64,000 nt of DNA from the human T2T-CHM13v2.0 reference genome, Homo sapiens. Location: NCBI RefSeq assembly GCF_009914755.1, contig NC_060926.1, one strand, 5' to 3'. The notes beneath the pieces were generated by a model, which was not told the origin of the DNA, did not search any database, and worked only from the letters and a program-made list of their open reading frames with translations. Positions 31,549 through 45,843 of the stretch are shown in pieces; the stretch's first letter is position 1, and each line of letters starts with the position of its first letter. The translations under genes and the position numbers were made by a program.

Positions 31549-34500
31549 AGTCCCAGAGTCACACTGACAAACCTCAGGTCACCTAGTTGATTGATAGAAG
31601 AATAAGAAAGACAATCAGTTCTTCTAACTCCCAGCTGGATAATTCTCCAAAGTTCATACATGATGGCATTGACTTCATTCTCTCCTCATGGCAAACTATA
31701 AATAAAAATATAGGACATAATAGAGGGTATTAGAGGCTATCAAGATATATACCCAGAGCAAGAATCATTGTGGTTCCTTCCTCAATTAGAAAATTAATTT
31801 CTTGGTTGTAGTTTAAGGAATTCCTTCTACCTCTTCTATCATATGCCTTGAAATTCACATAAATTTAATTTACTGACTAACTTCTTCAGTTCTCAGTGTT
31901 GAAGCTTGAAATAAAGCAAAAACCTCTAAGTGAGATGTATTCTGTTAAAAGAACTTGAAATTATGGAAATCAACCTGATCCATGTCTCACTGACTTTCAA
32001 TACTCATCCTAGTGAGCAGTTAATACAGAAAGTAAATGATATGGCTACCTAAGGCTTTGCCTGTGTACACACCTCCCATACCCACTGACCTTGGACTAAA
32101 CCATAGTAAGCATCTCTCCCAGGCTATTCTGAGAAGGTGGAACCACTCAGTGATAGCTCGTGAGCATGTTCCCTCTTTATTAATGTGGAGGCACATATTT
32201 TCAGCCATTTTACAGAGAATTGTGCTATTCGGTATTCCTTCTGCAGACTCCATTGAAGTGGATGGTCTCAGATACTTACTGAAAAGAAATGAGACTATTA
32301 TTTACCATGCAAGATGTATGTTGTACATTAGCTCACTGCAAGGATGTTGCAATTTTATTTCACTCACTGATATTCGGACATATCAAATCCCATGTAAAAT
32401 TAACCAGTCAAAACCCAGTAAAGCACTGGTCATCAAAAGAACAATCATGGAATCCTATATTAATGCTAGTTATCAGAACTTAGTAACCAAAAGATTGCAA
32501 AGTATAAGCACTATGTATTAATTAAAAATGTGAACTACACACAATTATAACCAGCATACAAATGTCCATGAGTAGAAAAGAATAAAAAGAATATGAGAGG
32601 ACTGTAAAAAAAAAAGAAAAGCCTGTTATTCCAGAAGAATGCAGTCGATCTAGGGTATAAGTTTTGCCTAAGGACTCACTTGCTCTTTAGCACTTCTGAG
32701 TGAGTCTTTACTTGGATATAACATGTAAACGTGAAGTGGTTTGTCCATAGAACTTCTGTCGGAACTGCCCAGTGTTAAGAACAGGTCATTGGAATTCTCT
32801 GCCCATGCTAGCCAACAGTGCCCTCTTTAAACTCTAAAAAATTCTAGTACTTCATGTTTTATACCACATTAATGACTAAGTTAATTAAGTTGATACTTAA
32901 TTTTATGTCTTGGGTTTTACAAAATTAGATTATAACCTACTTAAAGGTAATAATCATATTTTAAAATATTTTCAAACTCATTGTGCCCACATGGGGCCTG
33001 ACATAGTCCATTGATTGAGAAATCATAGATTCCGATAGGCAATCAAAATGGAGCTGGCAAGGAAAAAAGGGGCTGTATTTCAAAGCACATTTATATTTAT
33101 GACCTGACCTTTAGATTTCTTATAGAGTTTTGGAAATGATTTTTTATAAGATAAAATTATTTCCATGTGTAGTAAATCTGCTATGTCTGACATTTTGGAA
33201 TAAACAGAATTGTTACTCATCAGAAAAACACATTTAAATATATTTTAAAAAGAAATTCAACTCCTGCGTGGCTATGATATAGTATAATGCTAAGAATAAT
33301 TTTTTTCATTATAAACAATTCAAAGAGTGGATAGAATAGATGAAGCTACTGTTTTCAGTCACTGGAAAACATAGATTACAGAGCTTTGGTCACTGACAAA
33401 AGTAGTCCTTGGCTTTCTGCCAGCAGGCAGTTTCAGGACTAGACAAAGGCAGGAGAAATCCAGAGTCTACTCTCTCTCTCTCTCAGTTGAGGAGACAGAG
33501 ATAGACGTACAGTGAGGCCAAGGCAGCTAAAATTTTGGCAGGGAGAGGGATAGACACATTCATTATGGGTCAGGCAAAGAACAACTTTCAGGAAAAGAAC
33601 AATTATTGAGGATCAGTATGGCAAATAATTCCCATGCAGGGCAAGAAATCACTTGAATTTCTACAAGCCAGAATGGAAAGACCCCTCTGTTAATCTATGG
33701 GACATTCAGTAGATGCCCCAGAAAACTTATGCTTTAATAATAAAGCAAAACAAGCCTTCAAATGGAGGCTACTCTATAACATCCCTGACCCATAAAGCTC
33801 GAAAACAAACCACAAAGGCATCAAAATGATCTGCAAGTAACTGTATTGCTTGTCAGGACAAATTGTATCACTCTTCAAATAAATTCAACAAACTCAGTAC
33901 TCAAAAATGTAAAATCATAGTGCTTAACAACTAATTAAAACTACTAAATTGTGAAGAGGTGAGCAAATGTAACCTAAACCAGGAGAAAAAAATCAATTAA
34001 CAGGCAGACATAGTGATGTGTTTATCATAAATGATAAAGATAATGGAATTAGCAGAAAACGATACTAAAACCATTATTATTATGTTCAACATGCTCAAAG
34101 ATTTAAAGAAAAGCATGAGGAAAAAATAGAAAATATAAGAAAAGACTCAGAAGATGCTTCTAGAAATAAAATGTTTAATACCTGAAATGAACCTATCACT
34201 AGAAGGAATTAACAGCAGCTCTGACACTGCAGAAAGAAAGGTTGTGAAATTGAAGATACCCAAAGAGAGCACTGAGAAAAAGAAAAGAAAGACTTTTAAA
34301 AAGAGGAATCTCAGGGACTTGTGAGTTAACAGTAAGCCACATAACAAACATATAATTGGAATACCAGAAAAAAAGGAAAGAAAAATATGTTTAGAAATTT
34401 AAAATTCTACAGTTGTCCAAAATTTTTCAAATTTGGTGAAAACTATAAAATCACAAGATTCAAGAAAAATCAAAGAACAGCAGAGAACATGAACAGAAAG

Positions 34501-34557
34501 AAAACCACACCAAATTGCATTATAACCAAATTACTGAAAACTAGAAATAAAGAGAAA

Positions 34558-34954
<397 letters not shown>

Positions 34955-35287
34955 TCAGTGAGCCAGAGTCAGTGAAATGGAATCTTTAAAATGATGAAAT
35001 AAAAAACAACTGCCAACTAGAATACAGTCAGTAGAAATATCTTACAAAAATTAAGCGATGAAGACATTTCAAACAAACAAATCAGAAAGAATGTTTTGCC
35101 AGCAAGTGTGCACTAAAATAAATGTTGAAGGAAGTGCTGCAGATACAATAAAAATGATACCAGTTGGAAAAGAGATAACCAAAAAAAGCACCAAAAATTA
35201 TAAATATAAAAGCATCTTTATTTTATTTTTTAAAAGTATTTAAAAATAATTGGTCATTTAAAGCAAAACTATGATGCAGGTTTTAAA

Positions 35288-35288
35288 T

Positions 35289-35320
<32 letters not shown>

Positions 35321-35375
35321 ATGTATGTTATATATATATACCAAAAAAATGTACCTCAAAAAAATGTACCTCAAC
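35288..35375. repeat. (CA)n(TA)n microsatellite plus a 15-bp tandem duplication
   Basis: acacacac...tatatata, then caaaaaaatgtacct twice. Confidence 0.85.
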
Positions 35376-36729
35376 AAAACCACAATGGATTGGAAGGGAA
35401 ATGATTAAGCCAATAGTAGAGATAAAATAAAATATTAACAAAACAAACTTGATTAATAAGTAAAATGAACCTTGATTAATCCAGCAGAAAGAAGAAAAAG
35501 AAGAGAAAGGAAATAAAATCAAGTAGCATGATGGTAGATTTAAATCTGTGTCAAAAATTATCTAAGTGTAAATGGCCTACACACTCTAATAATCAGATTA
35601 TCAGACTGGACAAAAAAGCAATGATGAACTATATATAACATGTCTACATTTTATGTATACCCATTTTAAGTATAAGGTATCAATAGGATAAAAGTAAAAG
35701 GAATGCAAAAAGCATATGATGCAAACGCTAATATTAAAAAGCCATAGTGGCTACAGTTAGGTAAAGTAAACTTCAAATAAAGAATTAACAGGGCAATAAA
35801 GAGGCATTTTATAACGATAAATGGGTCAATTCCTAATGAAGATATAATAATCCTACACTGTAAATGCCTAAACAGAATTTCAAAAAGCATGAAGCAAAAA
35901 CTGGCAAAACTGAGAGCAGAAAGAGAAAAATTTACCATTATAATTGGAGATATCAACACTCATATCTTAATAATGATAAAGCATGTAGATAGAATATCAG
36001 TGAAGATACAGAAGACTGAGCAGCACAAACAACTTGACCTAATTGACACTTATTTATAGAACACCTTACCAAAGAACAGCAGAATATACATTATTTTTTA
36101 TTGAATATGGCACATTCACCAAAATAGACCATATGTTGGGCCATAAAACAAGATTCATTCAATTTAAAAAGATTCAAATTCACAGTATGTTCTCTGACAG
36201 CAATAGCATTAATGTAGAAATCAACAAGAAAAAGCTATCTGGAAAAGTACCAAATAGTTGGACATTAAACAATACACCTCTAAATAAACATGTCAAAGAA
36301 AGAATCACAAAAAGAATTAGAAAATACCTAAAATTTCACAAAAATGAAATCATCAAAACATCAAGATTTCTAAGATGCTGCTAAAACAGTTATTAGAGAG
36401 ATATTTATAGCCTTAAATACTTATATTAGAAAAGAAGAAAGTTCTAAAAATTAATAAGGTAAGCTTTTAAGAAACTAGAAAGAGGGAAAATAAACACAAA
36501 TTAGCATAATGAAATTAATAATAAACAATTGAAAATCAATAAAACAGAAAGCAAATAAAAATAGAGAAAAATCAGTTAAAACCAAAGGTGTTTCTTTGAG
36601 AAGACCAAAAAACTGATAACTTTCTTACTAGCTTGATCACGAATAAAAAAGGGAAAAGATACAAATTATCAGAAATTAAAGAAGAGACATCGCTAAAGAT
36701 CTTACAGATGTTAAAATATAATACATGAC

Positions 36730-37049
<320 letters not shown>

Positions 37050-37189
37050 TGATATAATATTCTACCATCAAGAAAAACACAAGTTGCTAGAAAATCACAA
37101 CAAATCAAAAGCCACACAAGGATATAGAAAATCTAATTAGCCTAATATTCATTGAAAACATTGATTTCTCTATCAAATATGTATCTACA

Positions 37190-38370
37190 GATATCTCTAC
37201 AAGGTGCTGATTTCATTTTCTTTTAGTATATTCCCAGAAGAGGGACTACTATGTCATTAAGTAGTTCTATTTTTAATATTTTTGAGGAAACTTCATATGG
37301 TTTTTCATATAGCTGCACCAATGTACATTCCCACCAAGAGTGTACAAGAGTATATTTTCTCCACACCCTTTCCAACACTTGATGTCTCTTGTCTTTTTTA
37401 TAATAGCTATTCTACCACGTGTAAGGTGACACCTCATTGTGGCTTTGATTTGTGTTTTCCTGGTGATTAGTGATGTTGAGCACCTTTTCATACACCTTGG
37501 CCATTTTTATATCTTCTTTGAAGAAATGTCTATTCAGATCTTTTACCCATTATAAAATCAGGTTATTTGATTTTTTGTGATTGAGGTGTATGTGCTCCTT
37601 ATATAATTTGGATATTAACCCCTTATCAGAAATATGGTTAGGAAATACTTTCTCCCAACCCATTTGCTCTCTTTCATTTTTGTCAATTGTTTTCTTTACT
37701 GCATAGAAGTTTTTAAATTTGATTTGATTAGGAACTTACAGAGGTATCTGTGCTGTCGCGTTCACTGAAACTTAATTCACAATAGCCAAGATATGAAAAC
37801 AACCTAAGTGTTCATTGATGGATGAATGGATACAGAAATTTTGGTACATATATCACAATGGAATATTATTCAGCCTTTTAAAAAGAAAGAAATTCTGTCA
37901 TTGACAACAAAATGGATGAACCTAGAAGACATTATGCTAGGTGAAATAAACCAGACACACATAGACAAATACTGCATGATCTCACTTATATGGGAAAGAA
38001 GGGGAGTGAGGGGAGGGAGGGAAGGAAGAAAGGAAGGAATTGAAAAGTTGAATACATAGAAACATAGAGTACAAGGATGGTTACCAGGAAGGCAGGGAGG
38101 GATGGGAAGATGTAGGTCAAAGGATGAATAAGCCTAGAGATTTAATGTATAACATGAAGATTAAATTAATAATATTGTATTGTTACAATGCGGAAATTGG
38201 CTAAAACAGTTAGTAGATTTTAGGTACTCTTACCACCAAAAAAAGGGAAAGGTAAATATGTGAGATGATTAGTATGTTAATTTTATTGACTACAGTAACT
38301 ATTTTGCTGGGTATAAATATATCAAAACATCACATTGTACACCTTAAATATATGCAATTTTAAAAACTTA
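37190..38370. mobile_element. L1MA/MB insertion with inverted 5' part (minus ~37190-37728, plus ~37730-38370)
   Basis: Minus ORF 37273-37491 and plus ORF 37826-38059 are successive parts of the ORF2 C-terminus. 3' end ...accttaaatatatgcaattttaaaaa. Confidence 0.8.
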
Positions 38371-38999
38371 AATCTCTCCAGTAAAAAGCTAAGGATCTTA
38401 TGGCTTCAATAGTCAATTGTGTCAGACATTTATGGAAGAAATAATACCAACCATACACTTTTAGGAAACAGAGAAGGAGAGAATACTTTCCAAATCATTT
38501 TGTGAAGCTAGCATCACCCTGATACAAAATCAGACAGAGACATTACAAATGAAAGAACCATAGACCAATATCTATGCATTAAATGAATATACATGCAAAA
38601 ACCTATTAACAATTTATTGTAAATAAAATCCAACAATATATAAGGATAACATAAGGGGTTTGTTCTGGGAATGCAAAGATGCTATATCATTCAAAAACCA
38701 AATAATAGAATTCACCCATTAAAAAATAAAGAAATATATCATCATCTCAAAAGATGCATAAAAAGTACTTAATAAATTTCAAGACAACTTCATGGGGACT
38801 GTCAGAAAGATAGTAATAAGAGAGAAAGAACTTCTTCAACCAATAAAGATATCAATGAAAAAGCTATTTTCATTATTATCTAATTGCATTATTAACAGTG
38901 AAAAATTGAATGCTTTCCCTCTGAAAATCAGGACTAAGTCATGGATATCCACATTCACCATTTCTATTAAACTTTAGGGCATGCAAAGATTCTTTATAT

Positions 39000-39600
39000 G
39001 TTTTTGTGAATAGGTTATATGGCCTTGGAAAAGGATAAGTATGTTTACAATGTTGGCTGCCGAGTTCTTTATATGTCTATGAGTTCAGGTTGTTAATTAA
39101 ATTGTCTACTTGATCAAAGTGTATTAAAAAATATTCCCATCAGAATTCAGTTTGGGAAAGTTTGGGTAATTCTGCCAATTTTTTCCTCATATGTTTGAGG
39201 CTACATTGTTGGATTAATAAATTCAGGACTCAAGATTGTTATAACTTCATAGAGAACTGTTATTTTTATTAAGTGATAATCCTCATTATTCCCAGCAACA
39301 CATTTGTCTTTGAGTCCATCCATTCTGATAATATTGCTACATCAAATTTTTTTGGATTGGATTTTTTATTTTTCAATCACTTACCTTTCAACTTTCTATA
39401 CCATCATATTAAAGAGACATATCTTGCAAAATGCTTATAGCTGGATTTAATTTTTGCTTTTGTAGTCTCTCTTTCTCTTTCTCTCTCTCCTTCCCCCGCC
39501 CCCGGAAGAAACTCTCAACATGAAATATTCTTATATTTACAATTGTTGTGATAGCTGATATATGTAAATTTATTTTTCTTTTAAATGTTTAATTCCTTTT
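39000..39600 (-). mobile_element. Ancient L1ME-type fragment
   Basis: atatgtttgaggctacattgttgg...ttacctttcaactttcta resembles antisense ORF2 EN. Confidence 0.5.
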
Positions 39601-39799
39601 TAAGTATATACTGTCTTTAGCTTGTAATATTTATCTCTAGTTATATTTGTTACAGAACTGTGATTTTTCATTTGAAGCTCTTTTTTAAGAAGTCTTTTCT
39701 AAAAATACATATCAAAAGAGGGGTAAAAAGGCACCAGTTAATGTCTGTTTCTTAATTGAAATTACCAGCCTTTCTTCCAATAGGAAGGTGACATATTTG

Positions 39800-39960
39800 T
39801 GAGAATTTTGGATCTAGAAGGAAACTTAAGAGAGGCTGACACTCATTTTACATGTGAGAAAACTGAAGCCTGGAGTGTGTAGATGTTCAATGTCACAGAG
39901 TGAGTAATCACGATCTGATTGAACTGAAGTCACCTAACTCTTTGTCTAGTATTCTTTCCA
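39800..39960 (-). mobile_element. MIR
   Basis: ctcattttacatgtgagaaaactgaagcct...gtcacagag. Confidence 0.65.
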
Positions 39961-41654
39961 TGGTGTCCTTTTAGATTTATGTTGTACAGACTGTTGAATA
40001 TCATCAGTTCTGCAATACAATAGTAGCACATGTCTTCCTGAAGGAGCTTGTAAATTGAATCAATTCTGAGATATGCATATTAAGTTAAGAAGCATGCAAA
40101 GCAGATGGCAAAATGCAAATGGATTAAGAGCTCCAAGGTTATCCAGACTAGAGTCTATTTAAAGAAATGGTAGTCTGTTTAAGTTTTATCTGTGACTTTG
40201 AAAACAATAGGCTCAACCATACAGAGAGATATGAAACAGTCTAACTTAAATTTGCCCTTTGTGAAAAGTGCTTTATTTTAATATCTAGTTTATTATTTCT
40301 CATTTATGTATACCTGGCAGTATTCTTTCTCTGCAGCTTCTACTTTTCCATTGAGTACTTAATTTTTTTTTATCATTTATTTCCCCTCAAAGATATTAAC
40401 CTGCTTGGCATTAATCTGATTTTCTAAGCCATATTTCATTTCCTTTGTTACTTTTCCAGATACCTAAATTTTAAAAATGTTATTTTCAGCTAATACCATC
40501 TGGGACATGAAATGAAAACCCTGTGTACAGAGTAATTACCCTATATTTCAAAATGAACTGCTGGGGTAAATTAAATGATGAAGTAATATGTCTTGAGATC
40601 TCACGGTGTTGACAATGGAAATGTAGCAGTCATATTCAAAAACAGCTCATACTTTATATGAGAAAAAAAGGGAAATGCTAAAATCTAGTTTCAAATTGAG
40701 CTTTAATTTCTAGTTTAACATTCTCTTCTCAGGACATAGAATGCCAGACTTCCTAGCTCAGCAGATCTTTCAAAACCAGCCTTTGAGATTTCGGTCTAGG
40801 GCTGCATTCTGAGCATACTCTTTAGGGCAGATAGACCAATTAGGCATTTTTCTGACAGCAGCCAATGTCGTGGGGCCTTTGTTAAATTTCTGTCACATCT
40901 TGTACTTATGAAAATGAACTGCGTCCTTGGGAATTTCAAAAGGTAATGAAGCATGGACCGGAGAAGGGCACCAGAGGGAGACAGAGCACAGAACGCGTAT
41001 GTCGTTGTAGCATCGTGATGGGGGAATGTGGTTTCTAATGATGGTGATGGTTCTCTATGGTACATAGGTCCAAAGAGGCTGAATCAAAATGCCAACCTCA
41101 TGAATTCTAATGTCCAGAATAACCTAATTTTTGACAAAACTCCTGTGTGCCACCAAGTATTCTGAGAAAATGTAGATATGAAATTGTGTCTATTTTATTT
41201 TATATACAGACATATTTAAAGCTGAGAAAGGGCAGACATGAGCTTTCCACACTCTCTTGAGCATACTCTATATTGTATCTGCCCATGTCAGCTCCAATCT
41301 CAGCCTTTCACCCCTTGAACTGAAGAGCTCACTGAATGACCAGCTTATCTTGAACCATGCTTCCAACCTCTGGAGCTCGTCCCATTTTACTTTTATTCTT
41401 CTCCCTCTGTTCTTTTCCTTCCTGTCCCAGTCTCAGTCCTGCATTTATCTGTTCATCCTCAGATTCCCTGGAACTTCACTTTGAGTGACAAAATCATCCC
41501 TTTTTCCCAGAGATGGTCCCAATTTTAGTACTGGAAGTTCCTACTCCCCATCCTTTCTAAGTTGCTCTGAAGATTTACAACTTTCTTCACACCCAACCAA
41601 GGGACCAATCCCGCTTCATACTCATTTCTTCAACAGCTTTCTTTGTCTAATAAA

Positions 41655-41723
41655 ACACCAACACACATACCCAAACACCACACACACACACACACACACA
41701 CACACCGTGCATACACACACACT
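41655..41723. repeat. (CA)n microsatellite
   Basis: Visible CA run. Confidence 0.9.
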
Positions 41724-43189
41724 TTAAAAATATACTAAACAAACCCAGGCCTCGCTTCACTGTAGTTTGACTTAAACGGCACCTTTCTCTTTGCCCCTTC
41801 AATATTAGCTAGAACCTCATTCATAAAATTTGCTTCACTCTGCATTTTGTTTGTATTTCGAGCCCCTGTGCTCCCAGGTCAGCCCTGTGCTTAGTAGGTG
41901 TTTCTGTCTCTTTGACTCATTTCATCAAGCTTTTAACACTCTCTGACCCTTACTTGCAGGCTCACACTTGCCTTGAATATTGAGCTAACCTAGGAAAGAA
42001 AGTGTATATGTCAATAATCCTTCCCTCTTTTCCTCCATGAAATGGAACATGGAATTAACTCACGTTTCCAAGCTGTGGAATTTACTGACCAAAAGTAAAT
42101 ATTCACCTTCTCCATGTGATGTGCTTTCTTCTTCCCTTTTTGGAAGCTTTTAAGGTCTTCCCTTTATCTCTATTGTTCTGAAATGCTGTATATGCTTTTG
42201 TAAGGATTATTTTTCATTCATTGTGCTAAAGACTCAATGAGTCTTTCATTGTGAAGATTCATGTCTGCTGATACCTTTTTAAAAATATTCCTTTTCTATT
42301 AATTTACACATTCTGTCATTTTTCTTTTCTTTCTAATGGTTATTGTTTATATGTGACATTCTGTTCTTTTTAATAGATGCAACATTTTCTCATTAAGGTG
42401 ATCATAAAATATAATGCATTTATTTAATGTGTATTGTCATCTTTCTAATAATCAAATAATTCTATTAAAATATATCTTACAATGCCTTTATTTTAGTTAT
42501 AAGTTAAATTATATAAGTTAAAGAGTTTCATTTTATAATGTTAAGAGTATGACAGTATATAGTGAAGTGAAATTGTTGAAGTTGCTCAAAGGACTGTGGA
42601 AAATCTTGTTTCTGGCCTCCGAATTCACAGCCTTACAGTGCTGTTGAAAACTGAGAGCAAACTTAATATATTATATATTTTGTATCTGCCAAAAAATAGA
42701 TCATCCTAAAAGAGCCACCTCTGTTTTCTCTAGTCTACAGAGGTCAGTTGAAGGACTCACATGCTTTAATCCTAATCAATGTGTTGAATGAAAAATACAC
42801 GAAGAAAACAATTCCACATAGGGGCAGATTTTTTAAATAATAAGAGAAAAAAAAGAGTGATCATAATAATTAGAAATGAACCAAAGGCCACGTGAATTTT
42901 AAGTAAAATAAGTCCCTGGGGATAAAACCAAATTAAAAAGTTATTAATGGAAGTTCTTAATGGCACAGGAGTCCTTAGACAAGGCAGGGGAAAATTGTGA
43001 GTCAGCACTGAATTAATAACAAAATGCCCTCTCTATTAACAAAATTATACCACAGTGCAACTGAATAAGATGACATGGGAAGTCACTTCTGCATCAGGCA
43101 AGGTAAATACTATAAGAAATATTATAGAAAAATTAGTCCAACCCTTGTTTTAATAGAGAAGCAACTGAGACCAAACGGGAACACTTTCT

Positions 43190-43440
43190 TAAAGGAAAAA
43201 CAAACATGTCGTTCTTCACAAGGTGGCAGTAAAGAGAAAAATGAGAGTCAAGCAAAGGGGGCAGCACCTTATAAAACCATCAGATTTTGTGAGAACTTAC
43301 TCACTATCATGAGAATAACATGGGGAAAACCGTACCCATGATTCAGCTACCTCCCACCGGGTCCCTCCCACCACACACAGGGATTATGGGAACTACAATT
43401 CAAGATGAGATTTGGGTGGGAACACAGCCAAACCATATCA
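43190..43440 (-). mobile_element. Truncated THE1C-like LTR
   Basis: Intact ...cagccaaaccatatca end at 43440; the other ~120 bp are missing. Confidence 0.88.
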
Positions 43441-45201
43441 GGGGGTACCCTAAGCCCAGTAGCAAGGCTGTGGTTCTTCTAGGCTTGTGGAGGCACTGCC
43501 TTGACGATCTTAGACATGTTCCAGGAGAATTCACTGGATTATCAGGCAGAGACTATTGTTCTCTTCCCTCACTTTCTCGGAAAAAAATGAAGTCTCTCTC
43601 TCTGTTCTGAGCCAACTAAAGCTGGCGGTGGAGTGACAGGCACCCGAGTGGCCACCACTACTGTGTCTGCACTGAGTCTGACCTGAAGCCAGCACAGCAC
43701 TGGGTCTTACCCAAGGCCTGCTGTAATAACCCCTTGGCTATGCCTATATTCACTCAAGGCCCTCGGGCTCTACAATCAGCAGGTGGCAAAGCCATCCAGG
43801 CCTATATCCTTCCCTTCAGGGTGGCAAGGTCCCCCAGGTCCTTGGTGGGTTCAAACATGCCACCAAGAACGCAGGGACTAAAGTCAAAAATCTTAGTCTA
43901 CCTGGTTTTCTGTTTTACTGATGCTGATCTGGCACTCAAACCACATTTTGCAGTCCTTCTCACTCTTCCCTCCCCTTTCCAAAGGCTGAGGGGACTCACA
44001 CCATAGCCACTGTCACCACTGGCCATTGGGAGTACTGTCAGACTACCACTGATGTTCCCTTTTGTTCCAAGAACACTTACGTCATTTTGTGGTGAATGCT
44101 GCGTGGCCTGGGACTCAACCTTTGGGGCAGTTGGCTCTCCTCTAATCCAGGGCAGGTACAGAAATGCTGTCCAAGAGTCAAATGTTGGAATCAGGGGCCC
44201 CAACAGTCCACTTGGTACTGTATGCCTCCTGTGTCCATGCTGGTACCTGAAGCCAGCAAGTCTCAGAGGCTCAACTAAGGCCCTCAACATAGTGCCTTGG
44301 TATCACTGCTTGTTATTTGCAGCCCAAGGGCTCTTCAGTTAGTAGGTGATGAATGCGGCCAAGACCCCTTGAAGACAATGGGTTCCCTTCTGGCCCAGGC
44401 TGTGTCTAGAAATGTACAGGAGCTGGGGCCTGTAGCAGGAACCTCACCACTCTGACTGGTGCCCTGTCCTGCTGTGGCTGAGCTGCTATCCAAGATGCAA
44501 GACAAAGTCCTCCCTCTCTTTCCTCTCCTCTCCTCAGGTGGCAGGAAGGGGTCTCTTCTGGAGCCCTCAACTGTGCATTGTGGGATTAGGGGAGGGAGAT
44601 ACCAGCACTTTCTTGGCTGCCCCAGCTGGTGTCTCAGTATGTCAGGTGCCCCTACAGTCAACTGTCTCTGGGCCTAGCTCAGCCCTAGGGCTCACCTACG
44701 AGTTGCAATCCTTGTGATCTAGAATGCCTTACAAGTTTACTTAGAGAACAAGAGCACTTTGGCCCCCAGTGGTGGGGTTTGGGGGCACTCAAGTTCAGAC
44801 GGTTGGGATAGGCGATTCCCCTCTGTCTAGGGCTGGTTTAAATGCTCCCTCTGTGGACAGGTGTCAGCTGAGTTTGGTCTAGTTCACCTTTGTGCTCTGA
44901 CAGGACAGCACTGAGTTCAATGACTCACAATTGCTGTGTTCTCCCTCCTGCAGTACCAGAGAGGGTCTCTATAACACGCCACTGTTGCAGAGGATGTGGG
45001 GGGAGCAGTGGCTTCAGTGATTCCAGACTGTATTTTCTATCTCTTCAGTGTCCCTTTCAGGGATATGAGGATAAAACCAGGTACCGTGAGAGCTCACTGA
45101 TTTTTTGGTTCTTATAAAGATGTTTTTTTTCTGTGTAGATAGTTGTTAAATTGGTGTCCTTGTGGAACCTTCTATTCCGCCATCTTTTACCGCATCTCCC
45201 C
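43441..45201 (-). mobile_element. L1MA/L1M2-type 5'UTR without an adjacent L1 body
   Basis: The minus strand starts ggggagatgcggtaaaagatggcggaatagaagg. 43441-43560 is homologous to 63883-64000. Confidence 0.85.
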
Positions 45202-45811
45202 ACCTAGATTAATTAAATTTTTATTCTTTTTTTTTCCCTTGATGTTTTAGAGATTTGATTATCTGAAAGCAAAGACCTGTGCCCATGTCTGTAAAATTAC
45301 TGTCCTGGATTACAAGTGACTCAGTGGCAAATTATTGTAATTCTACCTGAATGAGGAATGAGGTACCAGAAATTTTGTAATAAGGTCACCTCTGTGGCTT
45401 ATATTTGGTTGTTGCTCCTGGCAGCCCAGTTCCCAGCCTGGTCCTCCAGCCTTCTACAATTCTGTTAGCTATACAAATAATTATATGATTCATTCGAAAC
45501 AGGCATTTATTGCTTACACTTAGGAACCTGATTAATACAATTGGCAAAACTATTACACAGCCTTTAAATGAATTACCAAGCAGACCGCACATGGTCTCTT
45601 TCTCTAAAGCTTATTACCTCTGAGAACAAGTAGTTTTTTGAGCACCTCTCTTTCCTCAATGTGCATTTTTTCAGCAATTTTGCATTTCATTTTCAACCTG
45701 ATATCACGTGTTCTGTTTCTTTAAAAATGTGTCACCCTTTTACTTTTTTGGTGTTCATGCCCAGGTTTCTAAAATTCCTATGTATTCCATTTTCTTTTCT
45801 ATATGCTTTCA

Positions 45812-45843
45812 TGAGATTTGGGCTGGTTGAGATTTGGGCTGGT
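45812..45843. repeat. 16-bp perfect tandem duplication
   Basis: tgagatttgggctggt twice. Confidence 0.95.

Noticed and set aside
32036-32521. 161-aa plus-strand ORF as a CDS
   Set aside because: No recognisable homology or promoter context; one such ORF is plausible by chance in 64 kb.
43320-45117. Dense ORFs on both strands
   Set aside because: GC-richer L1 5'UTR and THE1 sequence; no recognisable domain.
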